The notes beneath the pieces were generated by a model. The model had not been told where the DNA came from. It worked only from the letters and a program-made list of their open reading frames with translations, and made no database searches. Positions 1-11,082 of a stretch of 64,000 nucleotides of DNA are shown one piece after another. Location of the stretch: positions 372,001-436,000 of the forward strand of contig NIVC01000158.1 of the NCBI GenBank assembly GCA_002269645.1, written 5' to 3'. The position numbers and the translations under genes are program-made. Every line of letters starts with the position of its first letter. The stretch's first letter is position 1. This DNA comes from Macrostomum lignano. Its lineage: Eukaryota.

Positions 1-1540
1 TGGTGATAAGAATGGGTTGGGTGGTTTCTGGACTGTATCACTGGTGATAAGAATGGGTTGGGTGGTTTCTGGACTGTATCACTGGTGATAAGAATGGGTT
101 GGGTGGTGGCTGGACTGGATTGCTGGAGATAAGAATGGGGTGGGTGGTGGCTGGACTGTATCGCTGGTGATAAGAATGGGTTGGGTGGTTTCTGGACTGT
201 ATCGCTGGTGATAAGAATGGGTTGGGTGGTTTCTGGACTGTATCACTGGTGATAAGAATGGGTTGGGTGGTTTCTGGACTGTATCACTGGTGATAAGAAT
301 GGGTTGGGTGGTTTCTGGACTGTATCACTGGTGATAGGAATGGGTTGGGTGGTGGCTGGACTGGATTGCTGGAGATAAGAATGGGGTGGGTGGTGGCTGG
401 ACTGGATTGCTGGAGATAAGAATGGGGTGGGTGGTGGCTGGACTGTATCGCTGGTGATAAGAATGGGGTGGGTGGTGGCTGAACTGGATTGCAGGAGATA
501 AGAATGGGGTGGGTGGTGGCTATGGGTGGTGGTCGGACTGGATCGATAGATAAGAATGGGGTGGGTGGTGGCTATGGGTGGTGGTCGGACTGGATCGATA
601 GATAAGAATGGGGTGGGTGGTGGCTATGGGTGGTGGTCGGACTGGATCGATAGATAAGAATGGGGTGGGTGGTGGCTATGGGTGGTGGCTGGACTGGATC
701 GCTGGAGATAAGAATGGGGTGGGTGGTTTCTGGACTGTATCACTGGTGATAAGAATGGGTTGGGTGGTTTCTGGACTGTATCACTGGTGATAAGAATGGG
801 GTGGGTGGTGGCTGGACTGTATCACTGGTGATAAGAATGGGTTGGGTGGTTTCTGGACTGTATCACTGGTGATAAGAATGGGTTGGGTGGTTTCTGGACT
901 GTATCACTGGTGATAGGAATGGGTCGGGTGGTTTCTGGACTGTATCACTGGTGATAAGAATGGGTTGGGTGGTTTCTGGACTGTATCACTGGTGATAAGA
1001 ATGGGTTGGGTGGTTTCTGGACTGTATCACTGGTGATAAGAATGGGTTGGGTGGTTTCTGGACTGTATCACTGGTGATAAGAATGGGTTGGGTGGTGGCT
1101 GGACTGGATTGCTGGAGATAAGAATGGGGTGGGTGGTGGCTGGACTGTATCGCTGGTGATAAGAATGGGGTGGGTGGTGGCTGAACTGGATTGCAGGAGA
1201 TAAGAATGGGGTGGGTGGTGGCTATGGGTGGTGGTCGGACTGGATCGATAGATAAGAATGGGGTGGGTGGTGGCTATGGGTGGTGGTCGGACTGGATCGA
1301 TAGATAAGAATGGGGTGGGTGGTGGCTATGGGTGGTGGCTGGACTGGATCGCTGGAGATAAGAATGGGGTGGGTGGTGGGTGGACTGTATCACTGGTGAT
1401 AAGAATGGGGTAGGTGGTTTCTGGACTGGATTGCTGGAGATAAGAATGGGTTGGGTGGTGGCTGAACTGGATTGCAGGAGATAAGAATGGGGTGGGTGGT
1501 GGCTATGGGTGGTCGCTGGATTGGATCGTTGGAGGTAAGA
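1..1540. repeat. G-rich minisatellite, 41-44 bp core unit with longer variants (intronic)
   Basis: Tandem TGGTGATAAGAATGGGTTGGGTGGTTTCTGGACTGTATCAC and variants, running off the window start. Confidence 0.95.
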
Positions 1541-1655
1541 ATGGGGAGGTTGCCGCCTACGCGGAATGGCACAAACTAAAAAATTTGTTCGACTTAACAG
1601 CACGGAAAGTTGGTCGGTTCTGCAGCTTCACCCTAATTGCCCCCCCCCCAAACAG

Positions 1656-4600
1656 GTCGATACTTCTGAACGTGCTTGGCGTGATTCTCCTGTTCTCGCT
1701 TCTGGCTCTGACTGGCTATGCACTTTTTGCATTCTACGCCGTAAGAGGCTGCGATCCGTTCTCTAACTCAGACATCCAGTCAATCAACCAGGTAATGCAC
1801 TGATCATCGCTAGGTTTAGTTTATGTGCCGGAGGATCTCGCCACACCCTCCAATATTGCTCAATTGAAACCCCCAAGCCGTACAACTCTAGTATAAATTT
1901 CCGTTAAAAACTACGGCATTCGTCATCTCTCTGCGATTGAGAGATTCTGCTTAGTTCTCATATAGATCAATGTATCATGACCTTCATTCTCTCCTTGCTG
2001 CAGTTGCTACCGATCTACGTCAAGACAGAGCTGCAAATTCCATCGTTTGGTGGCATTCTTATTGCCTGCGTTCTTAGCGGAGCTTTCAGGTTGGTACAAA
2101 TACTGTCTTCAACTTTGGTTCTGATTGATTTACTTGTAGTACAAAATGTACTTTTTTTAATAAAACACGCGTGCAGCACGACCAGCACTGTGTTGAACTC
2201 ACAAGCGGCTGTGACCGTGATCGACTTTGTGCAGCCCTACCGGAACCTGTCCGATGCCAAGGCCACCGTGCTGATCAAATGGCTGGGTGAGCTTGCAGGT
2301 GTCGGGTTTCTGATTCAGAGATTCGGTTTTGAATAACACTTAGTGCTGAAAGTGAGCAGTTCAATCCTGTAAATTTAACGGTTCTACAATAAACAACTGT
2401 AAGCTTCTAACAGCTTTATTAACCCCAAGACTGCGGATGGCCTGCTCTGCAGGTCATGGTCTCATATCTATGGTCTGCGGCTCAATTTGCTGCTGATATG
2501 TTAAAACATTTCTAACGAGTCTTAGTTTGCGGCTGTGGCCTGCAGAGCAGGCCATGAAAAAGTCGGTTGTTTTAAGTAACATTTTTGTTCCTTTTAACAT
2601 CTGATTTTTTCTATACTATGGCGCAACAGGGATACTAAACGAGTTATGAAGTGTGAATATATTTTCTCAACAGTCATTGGAATAGTGAATAAAAGTTCAA
2701 AGACATAGTGAAAAATTTACGAAAACAAGTAATACGAACAAGTTTAAAATGATAAGCGAGTAATTCAACAACGACCAACAAACATCGATAACACCAAGTA
2801 CGAGTAGCAGTCATAGGCATAACAGCAAGTGAGTCACAATTTAACAAATAGTTATAATTAATTTTGATTGGCATGCCAATCTCCGAAGCAGGGCACAGCG
2901 CAAAGACCTGGATTTCCCTGGCAGTGATTGCAACAATAGACAGTTTTCTTGACTCGGCCACTCTTGTAACACTGTCTGCAACGCTTGGCTGGCCGAGCCT
3001 GGGCACCTGTTGGCCGGAGGCGCTTCAGGAGATGCTGCTGCCTATTGGGTCCTGTGCCAGGCTGTGCTTGAATTTGCCGGCTCCGTGCAGGTCCAGTAGT
3101 CTGGATGAAGCCCTTGATGGTTAATTCCAGGAACTTCAGGAAGTCGTACGAGCCGCCACGGGACTGGAACACAACCCAACCGTTTCTGACAAGGACCAAG
3201 AAAAAGTGGGCCCCTAGCTTGGCAAACCACTTTTGTGTCCTTCTGTTTGGGCTGTATGGCTGTAGGCCAGAATCCAGTTTATCAACACCGCCCATAAAGC
3301 TATTGTACGATGTTGCTGTTAGAGGCTTGAGTTCTACAACTTCATCATTTCCTTGAATGGTGCGGTGAACATGTTGAATGGCGGCGGCATTTTTGGTGTC
3401 AATAAAATACACTGTCTTTGTACCAGATGCCTTTCTGACGACGTACTTCACAGCAAGTACACTGCCGCTTCGCATGAAGGCACAGCCTGGAGCGGGCACG
3501 GCCAGATCTCTCAGTTCAACGGGGACACCGCGGTTTGCACGCACTGTGCAGGTCAGCAGTGTGCCGTGACGCAGCAGGTAGTCTGCTAGGCGATGCGATC
3601 CGAACCAGCTGTCGCAAACGACATGGTAGCCAAGGTCCAGTACATATCGGCATGTCTCAACCAGCACCTTCTCGCTCATCGAAAGTCCTTCACATCCCAG
3701 ATCTTGACCAAACTTATCATTCTCGGGTCTGCTCGAATGCACAAGAAAGTTGCAAACATAACCTGTTTTTGCCTCACACAAGCAATAAATTTTAATGCCA
3801 TACCGCGCTTTCTTAGCTGGAATATATTGGCGGAACAGTACTCTTCCTCTGAACAGCACCAGTTCTTCGTCTACGCTTAGCTCCTTCTCTGGCATGTACA
3901 CGTTCCGGCAGATCCGCGACACACAGTTGATGAAGGGCCTGGCCTTAGCCAGAGGATCAGCGGCGTCAAAGTTGGAGCAGTCATAGAAGCGTAGTAGACT
4001 GCTGATCTGCTGAAACCTGTCTCTTGGCAGACATGCTTGCTGCTGGAAGAATGGCGTAGAATAGAACTCGCTTTTAGACCAATAGTGGGTCACTTCCGGT
4101 TTTTTTACTACTCCCATATAAAGTGACATTGCGACGAACTTTGACATCTCATTTACAGTGACATCCTTCCAGCTGGAAAATCGCGATGGTAGCTGTTCAT
4201 CCTGAAGATCTTCGAACTCGCGCCACGCTCGAGCATTCGTCCAGTCGCACAGCTTCTGTAGCAATTCGGGTGTCAGAAACATTCGGCTAAAAGCTACTGG
4301 ATCTTCGTCAGCGTTCTCGGGTTGCGGCAAATCCGGATTGACACCTGGCATGCCAAGGAACTCCGGGTCCTGGTTCAGCTTCTGATCTTGGCCAGGGTGG
4401 CATGCATGCCAAATATTGGTTGCACCCTGGGCAGCGGCCAAGCCTTCATCTACCTCTTGCATTTCCATGCCTCCTTGTTCGGTTTCGTCCTCATCATCAG
4501 TGAAAAAACTGTCGTCTCCTTCTTCAAACTCGGGATCAGTATCAGTATCAAAATGCTCCGCTTGAGCCATAATGACGATAAATAGTGTTAAAAAAATTGA

Positions 4601-7600
4601 AAAGGACGTTAATAGAAGCTGCTCTAGCTCAAAAACTGAGCCACAAGCTGTACAAATACAATCCAAATGTTTCAAAGACTAAATACTCAGTAGGAGCTGC
4701 TACCGCAAACTAAAGACATGTCAGCCAAAGATTAAAAAATGTTCATGGCCTGCAGGGCAGGCCAAGCCGCAAACTGTGTCTATGGCATGAACTCATCAAC
4801 GCAGTCTAGGGGTTAAGATCGAAAAATTTGATCTTGAAAGTTTTACTCCGTATGCGAATCATTGATCGAAATGTCACTTCCCGGTATTGACCTAGCTGCT
4901 TAATGGCTGGTCATTCACTGAAAGTCCTGTTTCGACCATAGACAATTCAATCAATGCCAAATAATTGCCAAAGTGGCCTGAGAGTGTACATGCCTGAAGA
5001 TTAGAAAGTCAGGACGGCTGTACACACTGGGTGAGCGTGTGTATGAGCTCAGGGATCAGCGGAATGGGCTGGTTGAGTTTCCGTCAGCGCTGGTTGTGGG
5101 ACAGGACTTCGTTGAGACCTCTGGCCACATCGTTCCCACATTATCGCATCATCACGTACACTCACGTTAGGATTTTCAGAACTAACATTCCAGCCTTAAA
5201 ACGTGAGCTTGAACTTGTGAAGGCAGAGAGATAAAGCGAGAGTTTCCGAATTTTTGTTTTATAAATTTAGTCAACTGTCTCATTGCTGGTTGTGTTATAG
5301 AGTCTGGCATACACTTTGAGTGCGTCCACTAAGGAACTGCTCTTACAGAACTTTATTTAGCATTCTCTAGAGCCAGCGAGCACCCAGCCTTCTCAGTGAA
5401 CAATTAAACCAGCCCTGGTTTCAAGTGAAGCTTATTGCCAAAAATACGGTATGGAGGGTGTTTGAGTGGCTTTTCAAAGTCTGTACTCGCACATCATAAT
5501 TGCGCTGGAACCGTTTCTCTTCATTGGAATTTTGGATTAAGGAAATTCTCTCCTCTTTTAACAATAGGGCTGCAAATTTTAGGCAGTTTAACAAAGAAAA
5601 TTTAGTTAAAGTTTGCTATAACGACAGTAAAAGAAACCTGTTCGTTTTTTTACTGACCACGTTCAGCATTTTTGCAATTTTTGGCACGCAAAAGATCTTA
5701 GACATAGTTCTTAGGTCTTAGACATAGATCTTAGATCTTAGACATAGATCTTAGGTCTTAGACATAGATCTTAGGTCTTAGACATAGATCTTAGGTCTTA
5801 GACATAGATCTTAGGTCTTAGACATAGATCTTAGATCTTAGACATAGATCTTAGATCTTAGACATAGATCTTAGGTCTTAGACATAGATCTTAGATCTTA
5901 GACATATATCTTAGGTCTTAGACATAGATCTTAGATCTTAGACATAGATCTTAGGTCTTAGACATAGATCTTAGATCTTAGACATATATCTTAGGTCTTA
6001 GACATAGATCTTAGATCTTAGACATATATCTTAGGTCTTAGACATAGATCTTAGATCTTAGACATAGATCTTAGATCTTAGACATAGATCTTAGATCTTA
6101 GACATAGATCTTAGATCTTAGACATAGATCTTAGATCTTAGACATAGATCTTAGATCTTAGACATAGATCTTAGATCTTAGACATAGATCTTAGATCTTA
6201 GACATAGATCTTAGGTCTTAGACATATATCTTAGATCTTAGACATAGATCTTAGATCTTAGACATAGATACACCCTGTGTGTATGAGTGCGCGCTTCCGT
6301 ATACTAGCAAAAAAGATGATCTTGAGGCTGACAAGATCTTATAATCGATTCAAGAAGAATTGTTAGTTATTCCAGTAGTTCATTGTTGAAAAAGTACTTT
6401 TATAACGATTTCATTGTTCGTGTATGGAGAAAGTTAACTAGTTAGTTCTTCTGACTAGTTAAAGTTAACTTTTTCACTTTCAACGAAGTTAAGCTTTTAA
6501 TTGATTATGCTTTGCTCTTACGAGCGTAAAGTGCGACCGGTTTATTTTAACAATGCAAATTTGAAACTTATGCTCCGATTTCTAGTGGCAGTAACATTGT
6601 TTACCTGTTAAGGCCTGTTATCTGTTAGAACGGGCGTCAGTCAAAATAAGCGATAAACAAAGCATAACACACAGCCTGTGCGACCCAATTATTTTTAATA
6701 GTTCTTCCTAGTATTAATAGTACAGCGGTTTCATGTAAATAAAAAAGGGGGGTGCACTCGCTTGCCTTGCAAGGTGACAGGTAGAAAAAAGCAACATGGA
6801 GGAACCTCTGAACTGAACCCTAGACAGGGAAAGAGAGATAAGGCAGAGAAAGAAAAGCCGGAGGGTCGCAAAAGAGGTGGCGCAATGCGCTTTGCATTGT
6901 TAGCAAAGCGAGACTCTATCATTTTGTCGGATTTATACTACTGACACTAATTATATTTGAGAGTAGTGCAAAAGCAAAATTATAAAATGACTTATCTAGA
7001 TATTGGGTGTCACCAGGCTTTCTTTCCTTTCGGCAGTGAAGCTATGGCCTCAGTCAAACGGAAGCCTTAAGTCCGTTTGAACAAGACTCTATTCAGCTTT
7101 GCCCTTTTCTTTACACGATATTTTTATAGTAAAATTCCTGCATTTCTACTTTCAGTAGCTTACTGATCTGTCACACGTTGGCTTTCAGTTGTCGCCTATG
7201 GGGTGCTCGGCGCCGGCATCGCGTTTGCCTCCTCGTTCATCAGCGGCGTCTCGCTGGCGCAGATATCCGCCTCGCTGCTCAACGCCAGCACGGGCGCCAC
7301 CCTGGGTGTCTACCTGCTGGCCGCCTGCGTGCCCAAGAGCACCTGGCAGGGCGCCTTTGTGGGCTCGCTGGCCTCGCTAATCCTGGTTGGCTGGCTGTGC
7401 ATCGGCGCCTTGGCCGGAGGCGGCGGCGGTCCCGCCATGCTGCCGCTGCCCGACTCGAACTGCACTGGCCTGACCGGCGCCAACGCCACCGCAACCTGGC
7501 CGACTTCCCCGGCATCATCCAGTGTCTATTTGACCTCAACCTTGTCTGACAGAGTCGACGAGCTCCCAGTCGGTCTGGATGGCTTCTACAGCATCTCGTT

Positions 7601-9334
7601 CCAGTGGTACGGCCTGCTGGGCGCGGGTTCGTGCCTGCTGGTGGGCCTGCTGGTCAGCCTGCCATCGCTGCTCGATGCCAACGCCCCAGAGCCCGATGAG
7701 ATCTACATCATGCCTGGTCTGCGTGGCCTACTGGTGAGCCGGGATTATGATGGGGATCAATGGGGATTGGGCGGGATGGGAAATGTGAAGATGGGAAGAC
7801 AGTGGGAGTTTTTGGGGAAGACAGAGGGAGTTGTTGGGGAAGATAGTGGGAGTTGTTAGGGAAGACAGTGGGAGTTGTTAGGGAAGACAGTGGGAGTTGT
7901 TGGGGAAGACTGTGGGAGTTGTTAGGGAAGACAGTGGGAGTTGTTGGGGAAGACAGTGGGAGTTGTTAGGGAAGACAGTGGGAGTTGTTGGGGAAGACAG
8001 TGGGAGTTGTTAGGGAAGACAGTGGGAGTTGTTGGGAAAGACAGTGGGAGTTGTTAGGAAAGACAGTGGGAGTTGTTAGGGAAGACAGTGGGAGTTGTTA
8101 GGGAAGACAGTGGGAGTTGTTAGGGAAGACAGTGGGAGTTGTTGGAGAAGACAGTGGGAGTTGTTGGGGAGGACAGTGGAAGTTGTTGGGGAGGACAGTG
8201 GGAGTTGTTGGGGAAGACAGTGGGAGTTGTTGGGGAGGACAGTGGAAGTTGTTGGGGAGGACAGTGGGAGTTGTTGGAGAAGACAGTGGGAGTTGTTGGG
8301 GAGGACAGTGGAAGTTGTTGGGGAGGACAGTGGGAGTTGTTGGGGAAGACAGTGGGAGTTGTTGGGGAAGACAGTGGGAGTTGTTGGGGAAGACAGTGGG
8401 AGTTGTTAGGGAAGACAGTGGGAGTTGTTGGGGAAGACAGTGGGAGTTGTTAGGAAAGACAGTGGGAGTTGTTAGGGAAGACAGTGGGAGTTGTTGGGGA
8501 AGACAGTGGGAGTTGTTAGGGAAGACAGTGGGAGTTGTTGGGAAAGACAGTGGGAGTTGTTGGGGAAGACAGTGGGAGTTGTTGGGGAAGACAGTGGGAG
8601 TTGTTGAGGAAGACAGTGGGAGTTGTTGAGGAAGACAGTGGGAGTTGTTGAGGAAGACAGTGGGAGTTGTTGGAGAAGACAGTGGGAGTTGTTGGAGAAG
8701 ACAGTGGGAGTTGTTGGGGAGGACAGTGGAAGTTGTTGGGGAGGACAGTGGGAGTTGTTGGGGAAGACAGTGGGAGTTGTTGGGGAAGACAGTGGGAGTT
8801 GTTGGGGAAGACAGTGGGAGTTGTTGGGGAAGACAGTGGGAGTTGTTGGGGAAGACAGTGGGAGTTGTTAGGGAAGACAGTGGGAGTTGTTGGGAAAGAC
8901 AGTGGGAGTTGTTGGGGAAGACAGTGGGAGTTGTTGGGGAAGACAGTGGGAGTTGTTGGAGAAGACAGTGGGAGTTGTTGGGGAAGACAGTGGGAGTTGT
9001 TGAGGAAGACAGTGAGTAGGAGCTGGGACGATATATTGTTTTCTTAATTCATCCTTGGGTGGGAGTTAAAGCGAAGTTTCAGGCGGTTGGGTGATGCTAA
9101 GAGATGGTAGCTCAATATAAAATTATCCCCAAATAATTCTCCAAATCCCTGACCGCACAGCGCCGGCTCAAGAGTCCGGCCTACAACAAGGTGCAGGCGG
9201 CCCAGAAAACCCAGCTTGAGGCCCCCGGTTTCCCCATGGAGACCGCGACTGCCATCTGGGCGACGGCCAAAGATGGCCAGCCAGATGAAGACCTTGGCGA
9301 CGAGAAGACGGCGAAGACTGCGGCTGGCATATAG
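1656..9334 (+). CDS. SLC5A: SLC5 family sodium:solute symporter (SMCT/SMVT-like), 3' exons 1656-1791, 2004-2089, 2177-2286, 7189-7733, 9161-9334; 5' part lies outside the window
   Basis: Phase-compatible GT-AG exons give GCDPF..IQSINQLLP..GGILIACVLSGAFSTTSTVLNSQAAVTVIDFVQP, which matches the SLC5 pattern ACxxSGxxSTxSxxxNxxAAVTxxD, followed by further TM helices. Stop TAG at 9332-9334. Confidence 0.88.
2423..4812 (-). mobile_element. piggyBac DNA transposon, full length (2390 bp), in an SLC5 intron
   Basis: TTAA at 2419-2422 and 4813-4816. 13-bp TIR CCCCAAGACTGCG / CGCAGTCTAGGGG (1 mismatch). 19-bp palindromes TGGCCTGCnnnGCAGGCCA at 2438, 2536 and 4746. Transposase inside. Confidence 0.95.
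2858..4570 (-). CDS. piggyBac transposase (PGBD4-like), 570 aa, uninterrupted
   Basis: Acidic N-terminus, catalytic DDD in SVDEEL / VCDSWF / GVDKLD, C-terminal Cys-rich domain CRQC..CNHC..LCAVPCF..WH. First ATG at 4570. Confidence 0.93.
   Translation of the reverse strand: MAQAEHFDTDTDPEFEEGDDSFFTDDEDETEQGGMEMQEVDEGLAAAQGATNIWHACHPGQDQKLNQDPEFLGMPGVNPDLPQPENADEDPVAFSRMFLTPELLQKLCDWTNARAWREFEDLQDEQLPSRFSSWKDVTVNEMSKFVAMSLYMGVVKKPEVTHYWSKSEFYSTPFFQQQACLPRDRFQQISSLLRFYDCSNFDAADPLAKARPFINCVSRICRNVYMPEKELSVDEELVLFRGRVLFRQYIPAKKARYGIKIYCLCEAKTGYVCNFLVHSSRPENDKFGQDLGCEGLSMSEKVLVETCRYVLDLGYHVVCDSWFGSHRLADYLLRHGTLLTCTVRANRGVPVELRDLAVPAPGCAFMRSGSVLAVKYVVRKASGTKTVYFIDTKNAAAIQHVHRTIQGNDEVVELKPLTATSYNSFMGGVDKLDSGLQPYSPNRRTQKWFAKLGAHFFLVLVRNGWVVFQSRGGSYDFLKFLELTIKGFIQTTGPARSRQIQAQPGTGPNRQQHLLKRLRPTGAQARPAKRCRQCYKSGRVKKTVYCCNHCQGNPGLCAVPCFGDWHANQN
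4985..5085 (+). mobile_element. Decayed fragment related to the body of SINE family 2
   Basis: GTGTACATGCCT..GCTGTACAC..GCTCAGGG..GCGGAATGGGC aligns by eye with 37920-38040. Confidence 0.45.
5692..6268. repeat. 20-bp minisatellite GACATAGATCTTAG(A/G)TCTTA
   Basis: Near-perfect tandem array containing AGATCT palindromes. Confidence 0.95.
7790..9015. repeat. 22-bp minisatellite GAAGACAGTGGGAGTTGTTGGG (last SLC5 intron)
   Basis: Direct tandem array starting about 55 bp after the donor at 7734. Confidence 0.95.
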
Positions 9335-9397
9335 GAAAATATTGTAAATTGATGAATACGGCAGTCTCAGTGCGGCTGCCTCGTCTGCTATGAATTC

Positions 9398-9399
<2 letters not shown>

Positions 9400-9466
<67 letters not shown>

Positions 9467-9632
9467 TCTCACTCTCTCTCTCTCTCTCCCTCACTCTCTC
9501 TCTCTCTCTCTCACTCTCACTCTCTCTCACTCTCTCTCTGACTCTCACTCTCTCTCACTCTCACTCTCACTCTCTCTCACTCTCACTCTCTCTCTCTCTC
9601 ACTCTCTCTCACTCTCTCTCTCTCTCTCACTC

Positions 9633-9684
<52 letters not shown>

Positions 9685-9810
9685 TCTCTCTCTCTCCCTC
9701 ACTCTCTCTCTCTCTCTCACTCTCACTCTCTCTCTCTCTCTCCCTCACTCTCTCTCTCTCTCTCACTCTCACTCTCTCTCTCACTCTCTCTCACACTCCC
9801 ACTCTCTCAC
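9400..9810. repeat. (CT)n/(CTCA)n microsatellite
   Basis: Direct reading. Confidence 0.95.
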
Positions 9811-10981
9811 AATGTCTTTGCCAATCTTTAACAGTGTCTATTGATGCTAAAATGTTTTAAACTTGACTCCAATAAAGCTTAAACTGCAATATATCTTGGA
9901 ATGTCTTATTAAACGCACTTTTCGCATATATTTAACCCAGTTTAAATAGCAATTTTTTAGTTTATGTTCAGTCGCACACTATTACAAAACTGTTAACTCC
10001 GAATGAGAATTCATCTACATGTATGCTTAACATTCCGCTAACAATAAAGACGAACGCATAATTATGCAATCTTAGATTTATACATTTCATCATTGTCTTA
10101 ATCTTGCATTTTTGAAGCTCTGTGGCCAGAATGCTTACTTTGAAGTCTACTTGATTGTCTTTTCACCAGAGAGCAGCAGCCTCTTGCTGTCTTGCAGTTT
10201 GGAATTGCGAGCTGTCTGCTTGATTGGCTTTTATTGTCTATGGCCACGAGTTGTTGCAGTGGCTGGCAGAGACACCAATACCCTATAGACCATAGATCTT
10301 ATATTTCCTAGATAGGTCACTTTGTATCGCGGCAACAGGGAAAGCGCGACCGCTGTTTTTCGTCAATTTTCGTACCTCGGACATGCCCAAAAATGAGTTA
10401 ATTAAAAAGCTACTCAAGCAAACTAAGAATGATGCATGCACAGCAGAGACTACTGACGAAATTGAGTTCAGTATAGTTGATGTTGAGTTCACATAAGTGG
10501 TTAATGAGTGGCCCATCTTGTGTAAAAACCGTATGATATTTGTACTAGACTTATACAATAAGTGTGCAATGTCCATTGTGTATGGTAGACATCTAGCTAC
10601 GTAGACTGAAATGTCCTTTAAGAATGGTTAAAAATGTGTATGATTTTTAACTACTCGTCAAATTTCGCTTGCTGAAGCGACACTGCAATACAGACTTGAT
10701 AGACAGCTATATTTGGGGTGTACGGTTGGTTCGTACTTTTGCTTGACCTCCCCACAATCACTGACTCATTGGTATACTTCTTATCGGGCTGTCGAAGCGT
10801 CCCTAAAATAAGCCACCGATGTTAAAATGACGCACTAATAAAGCCTTAGTCACCTGCGTTGAGATAATTGCTATCTCCAAAAAAAGCTTATTCCATGAAG
10901 CACTACTGTACAGCATTATCAATATCTGGTTTCCAAGCAGCTAATAGCAAAGTGCAATTCTTCGTTGGCGAAACAGCCCGT

Positions 10982-10988
10982 TATAAAA
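10982..10988 (+). promoter_or_regulatory. TATA box of monooxygenase copy 1
   Basis: TATAAAA about 100 bp upstream of ATG 11083, conserved in copy 2. Confidence 0.6.
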
Positions 10989-11082
10989 GTGGAGAAGGCC
11001 AGCAGAAATTAGCTGCGATAAGAACAAACTTAACCCAAGCGAACAGAAAACTGAAATCAAAGTGTCTTTTGTACTTTGAAAA

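Noticed and set aside
1-1540. G-quadruplex function for the G-rich satellite (also 43397-44815)
   Set aside because: G-tracts are present, but this follows from the unit composition and there is no evidence of function.
7734-7859. End of ORF 7203-7859 as the SLC5 C-terminus
   Set aside because: It runs into the satellite. A GTGAGC donor at 7734 joins in phase to a plausible last exon at 9161-9334.
10283-10576. Minus-strand ORF containing LHKMGHS, faintly like transposon-derived proteins
   Set aside because: Too short, with no second motif and no splice or terminal structure.
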